A stretch of DNA of 64,000 nucleotides from Hoyosella rhizosphaerae (lineage in GTDB: Bacteria; Actinomycetota; Actinomycetes; Mycobacteriales; Mycobacteriaceae), in contig NZ_BMJH01000001.1 of assembly GCF_014643175.1 (NCBI RefSeq), forward strand, positions 1,474,209 to 1,538,208, in the 5' to 3' direction. A program made the position numbers and the translations under genes. Positions 46,589-55,868 of this stretch are shown piece after piece. Under the pieces are notes generated by a model that ran no database searches, was not told the origin of the DNA, and worked only from the letters and a program-made list of their open reading frames with translations. Every line of letters starts with the position of its first letter. Within the stretch, counting starts at the first letter, position 1.

Positions 46589-47230
46589 TCAATTTTCTGT
46601 GCCTCGATTTTCTGTGCCTAAACGTGATGCGCACGAGGCAATACCCAACCAGGTGTGCCGGTTACCTGCCCAGCAAAACCCCAACTTCGGCGCACGTTTA
46701 CTAATCCATAGCCCCGGGACCCTGCGATCGCCACACCGTGACGCAGGGGTCTGAAGGCAATGGTTTTTCTCCAGCGAGGCCGGGAACTGAAGCAGGAACG
46801 CAAGCCCCTCATTAATTGTGAGGGGACTGCGGTGATCCTTCTCGAACGACGCCATTGCTTCGTCGGGCGTCCAGTTCCGTGTGTCATCGCCACGGTCAAC
46901 ATCACAAATGGCGTAGATGTCCCCGTCAGGCACGACCACGTCGTCGATGGGGGTGAATTCATCAATGTCCGCGGTGTCAGGTGAGACGAATCCCGCGTTT
47001 TTTCCCAAACGGACGTGGGCGATCAACGTCGAGGGTGTGGCGATGCTCTTGCTGGGAACAAGTACAAACGGCACTCGCGCCCTAGTAGGTTGAACCAGTT
47101 CCGACGAGTAATTGGCAAGGAGGCGCTCGGCAATGTCCGCGGGCACAACCAGGTCTGCCACCCCTGTCGCGGCACGAAGAACGTCAACCTGCCTGTCGAT
47201 TTCCCGGCGTGGGTCGAACGCTTCACTCAT
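46589..47230 (-). CDS. Hypothetical soluble protein, translationally coupled to the ABC-2 exporter
   Basis: ATG at 47230 overlaps the permease stop (ATGA). No recognised motif. The ORF track extends to 47416, inside the permease gene. Confidence 0.4.
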   Translation of the reverse strand: MSEAFDPRREIDRQVDVLRAATGVADLVVPADIAERLLANYSSELVQPTRARVPFVLVPSKSIATPSTLIAHVRLGKNAGFVSPDTADIDEFTPIDDVVVPDGDIYAICDVDRGDDTRNWTPDEAMASFEKDHRSPLTINEGLAFLLQFPASLEKNHCLQTPASRCGDRRVPGLWISKRAPKLGFCWAGNRHTWLGIASCASRLGTENRGTEN

Positions 47231-48030
47231 CGGCTCACCGCTTTCTTGTAGCGATGGATTGCTAGTGGCACAAAAATCACCAAGATGACAACCGTCCATC
47301 CGAGGCTTGCCAACACTGGGTTTTGCAGCGGCCACGCTTCGGGAGCAGGCATCGCCGGGTGGGTGTTGCCAAATAATTCTCGCGTCGCTTGCGTCACGGC
47401 AGAAACGGGGTTCCATTCCGCCACATGCCGCAACGCTGTGGGGAAGTTATCGCTCGGTACAAATGTGTTGGCGATGAAGGTAATGGGAAAGATCACGATG
47501 AATGAGGCGTTGTTGAACACCTCCGGAGTGCGAATCCACAGACCCACTACAGCCATCACCCACGACAGTGCATAAGCGAAGAACAACAGGATGAGGAAAC
47601 CGGCGAGTGCCTCAAAGAACGACGTATTGATTCGCCAACCCACTAGCAAGCCGGTAAGCGACATCACGAACAGGCTAATCACGTTAATGAACACATCACT
47701 GGTGGTGCGCCCGACAAGCACCGCCGATGGGGACATCGGAAGTGACCGGAACCTATCAATGATGCCTTTCTGCATGTCCTCAGCCATGCCCAAACCAGTC
47801 CATGTTGATCCGAAAATTACGGTCTGGGTGAAAATTCCTGCAATCAGAAACTCGCGGTAGGAAATACCAGGCAGATCAATTACTGAGCCGAAGATGTACG
47901 CAAAAACAAGCACGAACATGATCGGAGACAAGGCGGTGAAAACGATCAAGTCTGGAACGCGCCTGATCTTGATCAGATTTCGCTTGGTAATAGTGACGCC
48001 ATCACTAATGGCATAAGTCAACGCACTCAC
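47227..48030 (-). CDS. ABC-2 type transporter permease (DrrB-like)
   Basis: 6 TM helices; an ABC-2 family profile ('...IDRFRSLPMSPSAVLVGRTTSD...') is recognisable. Confidence 0.8.
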   Translation of the reverse strand: MSALTYAISDGVTITKRNLIKIRRVPDLIVFTALSPIMFVLVFAYIFGSVIDLPGISYREFLIAGIFTQTVIFGSTWTGLGMAEDMQKGIIDRFRSLPMSPSAVLVGRTTSDVFINVISLFVMSLTGLLVGWRINTSFFEALAGFLILLFFAYALSWVMAVVGLWIRTPEVFNNASFIVIFPITFIANTFVPSDNFPTALRHVAEWNPVSAVTQATRELFGNTHPAMPAPEAWPLQNPVLASLGWTVVILVIFVPLAIHRYKKAVSR

Positions 48031-49037
48031 TGCTGTGCCCCTTCACCCTCATCCGCACCCGACTCGCTTCCGGCCTCATGGCCCGTCAAAGTCAGAAAAA
48101 CATCATCCAACGTGGGTCGACGCAAACCAACATCCCGCAACGTCACCCCGTTGTCCTTCAGGACACCAATAACTTCCACCAGCGCCGATGCCCCACCGGT
48201 AACTCCCACACTGAGCTTTCCAGTGGCTCGGTCAGCACGGACTTGGCCCGGTGCATACGAGTTCAACGCCGTATTCGCCACGGACCACTCACTGTCATCC
48301 GGGATGGCGAGTTCGACGCGTTCCCCGCCGATTTGATCCTTCAGTTCGTCAGCAGTCCCCTCTGCGATCACCTTTCCGTGGTCGATCACGGCAATCTTGT
48401 CGGCCAGCCGGTCGGCCTCCTCTAGATACTGCGTAGTCAGCAACAGGGTTGTTCCACCGGCGACAAGTTCGCTGATCACCTCCCACAGTCCCAAACGCGC
48501 TCGGGGATCAAGACCGGTCGTCGGCTCATCCAGAAACAACACCGGAGGGTCAGCAACCAACGCACCAGCAAGGTCAAGGCGGCGCCGCATCCCACCCGAG
48601 TACCCCTTGACCGGTCGATATCCGGCATCGGTCAGGTCAAAACGCTCCAACAACTCGCGCGCACGCGCTTTCGCCCGTTTCCGGCCGAGGTGGTACAAGC
48701 GCCCCACCATCTCGAGATTTTCAAAGCCCGTCAAGTGCTCATCGACAGCCGCGTACTGCCCCGAAGCGCCAATGCCCGAACGCAATGCCGCCGCATCATT
48801 GACAACATCGAGCCCTGACACCGTAGCCCGACCCTCATCTGGCACCAACAACGTCGTCAACACCCGAACCGCAGTCGTTTTACCTGCGCCGTTCGGTCCA
48901 AGCAACCCCATCACAGTTCCTTCCGGAACCGATAAGTTCAACCCGTCAAGGGCACGCAAAGACCCATACGTCTTTACCAATCCCTCGGCCACAATCGCAT
49001 CGCTCACAGCATCGCCTTCCGCACTCATTGCCCGCAC
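48027..49037 (-). CDS. ABC transporter ATP-binding protein (DrrA-like)
   Basis: Walker A 'GPNGAGKTT', signature 'YSGGMRRRLDLAGAL', Walker B 'LFLDEPTTGLD'. Overlaps the permease start. Confidence 0.85.
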   Translation of the reverse strand: MRAMSAEGDAVSDAIVAEGLVKTYGSLRALDGLNLSVPEGTVMGLLGPNGAGKTTAVRVLTTLLVPDEGRATVSGLDVVNDAAALRSGIGASGQYAAVDEHLTGFENLEMVGRLYHLGRKRAKARARELLERFDLTDAGYRPVKGYSGGMRRRLDLAGALVADPPVLFLDEPTTGLDPRARLGLWEVISELVAGGTTLLLTTQYLEEADRLADKIAVIDHGKVIAEGTADELKDQIGGERVELAIPDDSEWSVANTALNSYAPGQVRADRATGKLSVGVTGGASALVEVIGVLKDNGVTLRDVGLRRPTLDDVFLTLTGHEAGSESGADEGEGAQQ

Positions 49038-49165
49038 CTCACGGCCGCACCGCGCACTAGAAACACTGTGCCACCGAAGTCTGACACTTTCGAGTCGGTT
49101 TGTGTCGGGCTGTTACGAAGCCTGTATGTCTGCCAGGGGTACGCGGATCGAGCCCCGATGCGCAC

Positions 49166-49285
49166 GCTCCCACTTTGTTCAAACGCTCCCGCTTTTACCG
49201 TGAAAAAGTGGGAGCAAACGCACAAAGTGGGAGCGTCAAACCCTAACCACCAAGCCCTAACCGTCAAACCCTAACCACCAACCCA
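49166..49285. promoter_or_regulatory. Nested inverted repeat (gctcccactttgt...acaaagtgggagc with an inner gctcccgctttt/aaaagtgggagc hairpin) followed by three phased CCCTAACC direct repeats (14-bp spacing)
   Basis: Read directly from sequence. The element lies 3' of the XDH operon (minus strand) and 5' of the DrrAB-like operon (minus strand). It is a candidate terminator plus operator. Confidence 0.5.
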
Positions 49286-49288
49286 GTC

Positions 49289-51859
49289 CTAGCGCAGCGC
49301 ACGCCACACACGCACTGGCGTCATGGGTTGCTCGTACAGGCGCACTCCGGTTGCGTCTCGGATAGCGTTCGCGAGGGCGGGCGCGACGGGGTTGTAGGGG
49401 GATTCGCTCATGGATTTCGCCCCAAGCGGTCCGAGCTGGTCGTAGGTGTCGGCGAAGTAGATCTCGGTTTCGGGGATGTCTGCTAGCTGCGGAATGTGGT
49501 AGTTGCGCAGCGTATTGACCGTATTGGCTCCCCCTACAGTGGGAACTTCTTCCCACAGCGCGGAACCGATTCCCTGGGCGATACCGCCCTCAATTTGTCC
49601 CCGGCATTGCTCGGGGTTCAGCACTGTTCCGGCATCGGCGGCATGCACTGATTGGAGTATTCGGACGATGCCGGTGCGGGGGTCAACGGCTACCCGGAAG
49701 GCGTGGACGTTGAAGGCGACGGAGCGCGGTGAGCCGTCTTGGCGCGCATGCTCGGTGAGGGGGCCGTGTGCTGCTGCAACTTCGCCAAAATCACCGCCTA
49801 GCTGCGCGATGCGGCGGGCCAGCACTGTGGCGGCCGCATGCACAGCTTTGCCCGCCACGACGGTCCCGGCGGAACCGAACGCACCGGTGTCATGCTCGAC
49901 AGCGTCGGTGTCTGATTGGATGATGCGGACCTCAGAGGGGTCGATGCCGAGGGCTTGGGCGGCGAGTTGGGCGTGGACGGTGGTGGTGCCGTTGCCGAAC
50001 TCGGCTGTTCCAACGCGCACGGTGATGGTGGCGTCACGCTCGAGGGTGACTACAGCGTCGGCGATGTGTCCTCGGGGTGGGATGGTGGCAATCATGGCCA
50101 CAGCCATGCCCTCCCCCACTTTTTCGTAAGTCGCAGCCTGCACGCCCGCCGTGCGCCCGCGCAGGAGAGCTTCTTCGGCTAGGTCTATGCATTGGTCGAG
50201 GCCGTAGCTACCGAAGGTGAGGTCGTCGTCGTGGGGCGCGGCGTCGACGAAGTTATCGCCGGGAACCACGACGTTGCGGCGACGGAGGTCGAATGGTGAG
50301 ATGCCGAGCTTGTGGGCTAGTTCGTCGAGTGCTTGTTCGATAGCGAACATGAGTTGGCCGAGTCCGTAGCCACGGAAGGCACCGGAGGGTGGGTTGTTTG
50401 TGTAGACGGCACGGGCGTCGACTCGTTTGTTTGCGCACCGGTATTGGGCGACGGATTCGCTGCATCCGTGGAACATCACACCTGGTGTGTGGTTGCCGTA
50501 GGCGCCAGCGTCGGAGAGAACGTCAACGGCGAGTGCGGTGAGTTGACCTTCTGGATTTGCCGCTACAGTGACGTCGATTCTCATGGGGTGCCGGTGGGCG
50601 GCACGGTCAAACTCGTCGGAGCGGGCGAATTCGTACTGGACGGGTCGTCCTGTGCGGAGCACTGCGAGGGCGACGATGTCTTCGGTGAACATTTCTTGCT
50701 TGCCACCGAATCCGCCGCCGACGCGGGCGGTGTGGACGCGGATCTGTTCGCGGGGCATTGCGAGGATGCGGGCGAGTTCGTCGCGCACGAGGAAGGGAAC
50801 CTGACTGCTGGTGCGCAGCACAAGCCTGCCGTCGTCGTCGGTCCAGCCGATGGTGGCGTGGGTTTCCATGTGGACGTTTTGGACGCGGGCGGTGCGCCAC
50901 GTTCCACGAACTACGGCTCCGTTGGCGTCCTGTGCTGCTTGGAGTCCGTGTGTGATGCTGCCGGTTTCGCCGTGCAGTTCGGCGACGATGTTGTTCGGGC
51001 TAACGTCTGGGTGCAGCGCGTCTGCCTCGGTGGCGCGTTCTGGGTCATGCACTGCGTCTAGAAGCGTGTACTCAACAGTGATTGCGGCGGCTGCGCGGTG
51101 GGCTTCTCGTGGGGTCTCGGCGATGACTGCGGCGACTCGTTGCCCGACGAATCTCACGGTGGTGTCGAGGATTCGGGTGTCATCCGGGTCGTCGGTGTAG
51201 TGGTGGTGGCGTGCGGTGGAGTATCGCGTATTCGGGCTGTCTGCGTGAGTGAGGATGGCGATGACGCCCGGCATTGTCTGCGCTGTAGTGGTGTCGATGC
51301 GGTCGATGCGCGCGTGCGCGTGTGGGCTAGCAACTATGGCGAGATGCAGGAGACCTGGGATGGTGGTGTCGAGGGTGTAGGGCTCATTGCCGGTGACAAC
51401 GCGGTCGGCGGCTGGTGGTAGCACCGTATCGGCCGCGACGGATTGACCGGTGAGGGCGTCCCGGATGGAACGGTAGCCGGTGCAGCGGCAGAGGTTGCCT
51501 TTCATCGCGCGGGGTAGGTCTGATTGTTGTTCGGCGGTGAGTGCGGCGGCGGTCATGACCATGCCGGGGGTGCAGTACCCGCATTGGAAGCCCATGGCAT
51601 CGCGGAAAGCTTGTTGGCTGGGGTGCAGGTTTCCGGGCTGGCCCAGTCCTGCGGGGGTGGTGATCGTCGCGTCAACTACGTGGTGTGCCGGGACGATGCA
51701 CGAGTGGTGTGGCTTTCCATCTATGTGGACGGTGCAGGCGCCGCAGTCCCCGCTGTCGCATCCCTTCTTGACGTCGTAGTGCTCGTGCTCACGTAGGTAG
51801 GTGCGTAGGCATTGGCCAGGTCGGGGCACTGTGGTGATGTCGTGGCCGTTGACGTGCAT
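49289..51859 (-). CDS. Xanthine dehydrogenase family [2Fe-2S]-binding + molybdopterin-binding fused subunit
   Basis: N-terminal ferredoxin-like clusters ('CDSGDCGACTV', 'CGYCTPGM') followed by an ~750-aa aldehyde oxidase/XDH Mo-cofactor domain. ATG at 51859 sits 2 nt after the FAD-subunit stop; the ORF track extends to 51925. Confidence 0.8.
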   Translation of the reverse strand: MHVNGHDITTVPRPGQCLRTYLREHEHYDVKKGCDSGDCGACTVHIDGKPHHSCIVPAHHVVDATITTPAGLGQPGNLHPSQQAFRDAMGFQCGYCTPGMVMTAAALTAEQQSDLPRAMKGNLCRCTGYRSIRDALTGQSVAADTVLPPAADRVVTGNEPYTLDTTIPGLLHLAIVASPHAHARIDRIDTTTAQTMPGVIAILTHADSPNTRYSTARHHHYTDDPDDTRILDTTVRFVGQRVAAVIAETPREAHRAAAAITVEYTLLDAVHDPERATEADALHPDVSPNNIVAELHGETGSITHGLQAAQDANGAVVRGTWRTARVQNVHMETHATIGWTDDDGRLVLRTSSQVPFLVRDELARILAMPREQIRVHTARVGGGFGGKQEMFTEDIVALAVLRTGRPVQYEFARSDEFDRAAHRHPMRIDVTVAANPEGQLTALAVDVLSDAGAYGNHTPGVMFHGCSESVAQYRCANKRVDARAVYTNNPPSGAFRGYGLGQLMFAIEQALDELAHKLGISPFDLRRRNVVVPGDNFVDAAPHDDDLTFGSYGLDQCIDLAEEALLRGRTAGVQAATYEKVGEGMAVAMIATIPPRGHIADAVVTLERDATITVRVGTAEFGNGTTTVHAQLAAQALGIDPSEVRIIQSDTDAVEHDTGAFGSAGTVVAGKAVHAAATVLARRIAQLGGDFGEVAAAHGPLTEHARQDGSPRSVAFNVHAFRVAVDPRTGIVRILQSVHAADAGTVLNPEQCRGQIEGGIAQGIGSALWEEVPTVGGANTVNTLRNYHIPQLADIPETEIYFADTYDQLGPLGAKSMSESPYNPVAPALANAIRDATGVRLYEQPMTPVRVWRALR

Positions 51860-51861
51860 GG

Positions 51862-52659
51862 TTAGTCCTTTGCAAGTTCGGCGATGATGTCCTGAGCGAG
51901 CAGGGTGGTGACGTGTTGGCGCCAATCAGCTTCACCGTGTGGGTCGGTGTACCAGCGTTGCTGGGGAATCCCGTTGACGGCGGGTTGTGTGGCTCCAGGA
52001 CTGCCAAGGCCGATGAGGATGGGTCGATCGGTGGCGGCGGTGATGGCGAGGACGTATCCGGTTTCGGTGGCGCGCCCGATGAGAAGCGCCCCCGATCTTC
52101 CTTGCGGGGCCTGGGAGATGCGGCGAAAGACGACATGTTGGCGCAAGGCAGCGGCAGGCAAGTGCACTGAGCGCAGAATTTCCCCCGGCTGCAGGGTTGT
52201 TTGCTGTGGTCCGGTGACAAATTCCGTGATGGTGGTGGTGCGGTCACTGCCGTCTGGCCGCCAGATTGTAAGCGTGCCCTCGAGTGCTGCTGCGAGGGCG
52301 ATCATGGAACCGGCAGGGAGGGCGAGACAGATGTTGCCGCCGACGGTGGCGGTGTTCCAGACCTTGATTGAAGCTGCGAGGGCGTCGGCACACTGACGAA
52401 ACATCTTGGTTGCACCCCATTCTGCAGGGTAATCCGCCGATATGAGTTGTTCGATGGTGCAGGTGGCGGCGATATCCAGGCCGTGCTCGGTGATGGTGAG
52501 GGGGTCCCACTTGAGTGCGGTGATGTCGATCAGTCGATTGATCGCGGGTTGGGGTTCGGAGTAAATCCAGGTTCCGCCGGCGAGGATGGCGGCGGCATCA
52601 ACTGGGATGTCGGTGCGAGTGCGCGGCGACAGGATGTGATCGATTGTGTGTAGATCCAC
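51862..52659 (-). CDS. Xanthine dehydrogenase FAD-binding subunit (CoxM/XdhB-like)
   Basis: FAD-binding PCMH-type fold ('AAAILAGGTWIYSE...'); 265 aa. Confidence 0.75.
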   Translation of the reverse strand: MDLHTIDHILSPRTRTDIPVDAAAILAGGTWIYSEPQPAINRLIDITALKWDPLTITEHGLDIAATCTIEQLISADYPAEWGATKMFRQCADALAASIKVWNTATVGGNICLALPAGSMIALAAALEGTLTIWRPDGSDRTTTITEFVTGPQQTTLQPGEILRSVHLPAAALRQHVVFRRISQAPQGRSGALLIGRATETGYVLAITAATDRPILIGLGSPGATQPAVNGIPQQRWYTDPHGEADWRQHVTTLLAQDIIAELAKD

Positions 52660-52670
52660 GGGTGGTGTTC

Positions 52671-54044
52671 CTATCCGCCGTGCCCTCGTGCCATCACGAG
52701 TTGAGCCGTGAGCACTACCTTTGCGGCCTTCTCGACGTCGACAGTGACGACGTGGTCGTTTTCCACAATCGCGCGCCCGTCAACGAACAGACGCTCGAGT
52801 GGCGGTGCTGATCCCATGACGAGTGCGACTACGGGGTCGGCGATTCCGGTGTGTGGGAGGGTGTCGAGCCGCCACAGAGCAAGGTCGGCCAGTTTGCCTA
52901 CCTCGATGGATCCGATGTCGTTAGCTCGTCCGAGGACTTTGGCGCCGCCGATGGTGGCAAGTTCGAGAGCCTGCCGTGCGGTGAGAGCTTCAGCGCCGTC
53001 TCGGGCGCGAGCAAAAAGCAGTGCATGGCGGACTTCCTCGATAAGAGAGGTTCCTTCGTTGCTTGCAGCACCATCAACCCCGAGGCCAACGGTGACTCCG
53101 GCCCGCACCATGTCGCGGAGCCGGGCGATTCCCGCTCCAAGTCGGGCGTTTGAGGTTGGGCAGTGCGCCACGGCCGTCCGGGTTGCGGCGAGAAGTTCGA
53201 TTTCCCGGTCTTCGAGGTGGACGGCGTGGGCGAACCACACATCGGGACCTGTCCAGCCAAGTTCAGCCACGTAGTCGAGGGGGCTGCCGCCGAGATTCTG
53301 GTGGCAGAACTCCACTTCTTGCTGCGTTTCGGCTAGGTGAGTGTGTAACCGGGCGCCGTAGTCACGGGCAAGGGATGCGGTCTCGCGCATGAGGTCAGCA
53401 CTGGCAGAGAACGGAGAGCATGGCGCCAAGCCGATACGGAGCATCGATCCAGGGGAAGCATCGTGCCACTCCGTGAGTGCTTTTTCGCTGTCTGTGAGGA
53501 TGTCTCGCAGCGGCTCAACCAGCTGGTCTGGCGGCAGGCCTCCGTTCGAGCGGCCAAGGTCCATTGAGCCTCTGGTGGGGTGAAACCGCAAACCCACTGC
53601 GGCGGCTGCGGTGATCTCACTGCCGAGCATGTCGGCGCGTTTGCCACGGTCCCCGGTTGGTGGAAAAACGTAGTGATGGTCTGCGGTGGTGGTACAGCCG
53701 GTGGCGGCGAGCCGCGACAGCGAAGCGATAGCGGCTGTGTAGACCGTGTCTTTGGTGAGGTCTTTCCACTTGGGATATAGGGTGACGAGCCAATGGAATA
53801 GCTCGAAGTCTGCAGCTAAGCCCCTGGTAATCCACTGGTACAGGTGGTGATGGGTGTTAACGAGCCCTGGTGTGAGTACGCAACCACGCCCATCGATGAT
53901 GGTGGCTTTCTCCGGGAGGTCGTCGGGTTCTTCGCCTACCGCAATAATGCGGTTTCCTTCAAAGACAACGCTGCCGTCAAATTCTCGTTTCAGCGCATCC
54001 ATGGTGACAATATGCGCATTTCGGATTACTTTCACGGCCGCCAT
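52671..54044 (-). CDS. Amidohydrolase, 8-oxoguanine deaminase / atrazine-chlorohydrolase-like subfamily
   Basis: Metal-binding 'LVNTHHHLYQ', later 'HTHLAE' and 'GLGVDGAASN'. ATG at 54044 (ORF track 54113). Lies 12 nt upstream of the XDH FAD subunit. Confidence 0.7.
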   Translation of the reverse strand: MAAVKVIRNAHIVTMDALKREFDGSVVFEGNRIIAVGEEPDDLPEKATIIDGRGCVLTPGLVNTHHHLYQWITRGLAADFELFHWLVTLYPKWKDLTKDTVYTAAIASLSRLAATGCTTTADHHYVFPPTGDRGKRADMLGSEITAAAAVGLRFHPTRGSMDLGRSNGGLPPDQLVEPLRDILTDSEKALTEWHDASPGSMLRIGLAPCSPFSASADLMRETASLARDYGARLHTHLAETQQEVEFCHQNLGGSPLDYVAELGWTGPDVWFAHAVHLEDREIELLAATRTAVAHCPTSNARLGAGIARLRDMVRAGVTVGLGVDGAASNEGTSLIEEVRHALLFARARDGAEALTARQALELATIGGAKVLGRANDIGSIEVGKLADLALWRLDTLPHTGIADPVVALVMGSAPPLERLFVDGRAIVENDHVVTVDVEKAAKVVLTAQLVMARGHGG

Positions 54045-54147
54045 ACCTTCAAATGTAGTGAAGAGATATTGCACAGGGGTGACGTTCAGGCTGCAACTCA
54101 ACGCCGCTGTCATATGGAGGTCACATGCATATGGAAAAGTATCGAGG

Positions 54148-55527
54148 GTGCATGTTTACCGTGGCCACTTGCTACATATTTCGGGCAGTCCGACTGCTTC
54201 GACCGCACACCTTTCGTTGGTGAGTGAACCCAACGGCGCTCTTGTTGTCGATACGCATGGGAAAATTGTCTTTTCAGGTGAATTTACCGAAGTTCCGGCG
54301 GAGTGCGCCTCTGCCACCGTCACAGATTTCAGGCCCGGTTTTCTCCTGCCGGGGTTTGTGGATGCACATGTACATTTTCCTCAAGTTTTCACTACTGATG
54401 CTTATGGGGGCGGCGAGTTACTGAACTGGCTGGATCGGTGCGTTTTTCCGGCCGAGGCTCGATTTTCAGATCCCGATTTCGCAAGGGAGGCAGCGCGCGC
54501 GTTTTGCGCTGCACGTGTTGCTGCCGGGACGACAGCGGCACTGGTGTTCGGGTCAGCTTTTCCGGTGGCACAAGACGCATTGTTTGAGGAAACGCAGCGG
54601 ATTGGTTTGCGCATGGTGAGTGGTCGCGGTGTGCAAACACGGGGACCTAAGTCAGCCTCGGCGTTGATCACGGATGATGCGACCGCGGAGAAGTTGTGTC
54701 GCAAAGAAATCGAAAAATGGCACTGTGCCGATGCGCCGGGGCGCTTCGATGAGGCGATGCTACAGGTTGCTCTGGTGCCGCGGTTCGCATTGTCTGTGAC
54801 CCCAACGACCTTCCATTGGATGGGCGTTTTGTATCAGGAATGGCGTGATCGCGGCTTGTACTTTCATACCCACTTGAGTGAAAACGACGCCCCGGGTGTG
54901 GGTGAAATTGATTCGGTTATTCGAGATTTCGACATACCCGATTACTTGAGTGCGTACGACGGACGATTCTTACCAGGAGGCGCGAGTGGTGCCGAGTCGC
55001 TTTTGGGGCGGCGCACAATTTTTGCCCACGCGGTTCATTGCAGTGCTGAGGAATTGAACCGGATTGCCGCGACGCGTTCGTCGATCGCCCACTGCCCTAC
55101 TTCGCAATTATTTCTAGGGTCGGGCACGATGCCGTGGATGCAGATTGCCGCGCGGGGAATCACAATTGCTCTTGGGTCCGACGTTGGCGCTGGCGATGAG
55201 TGGTTAATAAGCCGCGTCGCAAACGACTGCTTTAAGGTGCATATGAGCACGAAGGCCCCTGATGCCACTGCTCTCGACCCCGCAGCGCTGCTGTTTAGTG
55301 CCACATTGGCTGGCGCAAGAGCCCTCGACATGGAAAGCCTCTTCGGCAATTTAGATAGTGGCAAGGATGCGGATTTTATTGTCGTGGACCCTGCACTGTG
55401 GCCGCCGTTGGAGCGGTCGCTGTCGGGTGTGACAGATGTGTCTGGGCTGGTGTTTAGCCTCTTGATGTCTATGCGTGAACCGGCGATTGCAAGGGTGTTT
55501 GTCCGTGGCGCGGTTGTCAGCACTTGA
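54148..55527 (+). CDS. guaD: Guanine deaminase
   Basis: 'FRPGFLLPGFVDAHVHFPQ', 'HTHLSEN' and 'ALGSDVGAG' are guanine deaminase signatures. GTG at 54148 is tentative; the ORF track's longer frame (53854) runs antisense through the divergent gene. Confidence 0.75.
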   Translation: MHVYRGHLLHISGSPTASTAHLSLVSEPNGALVVDTHGKIVFSGEFTEVPAECASATVTDFRPGFLLPGFVDAHVHFPQVFTTDAYGGGELLNWLDRCVFPAEARFSDPDFAREAARAFCAARVAAGTTAALVFGSAFPVAQDALFEETQRIGLRMVSGRGVQTRGPKSASALITDDATAEKLCRKEIEKWHCADAPGRFDEAMLQVALVPRFALSVTPTTFHWMGVLYQEWRDRGLYFHTHLSENDAPGVGEIDSVIRDFDIPDYLSAYDGRFLPGGASGAESLLGRRTIFAHAVHCSAEELNRIAATRSSIAHCPTSQLFLGSGTMPWMQIAARGITIALGSDVGAGDEWLISRVANDCFKVHMSTKAPDATALDPAALLFSATLAGARALDMESLFGNLDSGKDADFIVVDPALWPPLERSLSGVTDVSGLVFSLLMSMREPAIARVFVRGAVVST

Positions 55528-55868
55528 GGCTCTGCAGCTTGCGGTTCGGCTAGCTTTCGGGCCCGTATGCGAGCGTCAGCGACGAAATATATGTGTAGTG
55601 CTAGGGCGGTTCCGGCGAGGGCGATGAAGGCGAAGAGACCGCAGGCAACGACGGCGAAGATGAGCGCTTCCTGGCTGGAGCCGACGCTGGCGGTTTGTTG
55701 CGTCTTTAGCACCGGTTCACCTCCGCGGTCTATTGTCAGGCTTTATTGCCCTATCAATAGTTGTACGGGAAAGTGACACTGTGGCGGTAAACGCCACACC
55801 GCCTATGACGTGTAGTTAACCTCCCAGTCACACGCCATTAACTACAACGGCGCTGACTTTCAGACGAA

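Noticed and set aside
48397-49203. 268-aa + strand ORF antisense to the DrrA-like ATPase
   Set aside because: It is a Ser/Arg/Pro-rich antisense translation of a gene with clear Walker motifs.
49237-49285. CCCTAACC repeats resembling telomeric (TTAGGG)n
   Set aside because: Only three phased copies are embedded in other sequence in a bacterial intergenic region. The resemblance to eukaryotic telomere repeats is coincidental, so I interpret it as an operator-like direct repeat.
51895-51905. Apparent one-base frame discrepancy between my hand translation and the ORF track near the XDH subunit N-terminus
   Set aside because: Most likely my own transcription error when reading the printed sequence, since an analogous discrepancy at ~61681 was resolved as my misreading. 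I therefore did not call a frameshift or pseudogene.
55035-55712. 225-aa minus-strand ORF beginning in the guaD-uricase intergenic region with a TM-like N-terminus
   Set aside because: Most of it runs antisense through the guanine deaminase gene. It has no RBS or start support, and only the first ~60 aa lie in the intergenic region.
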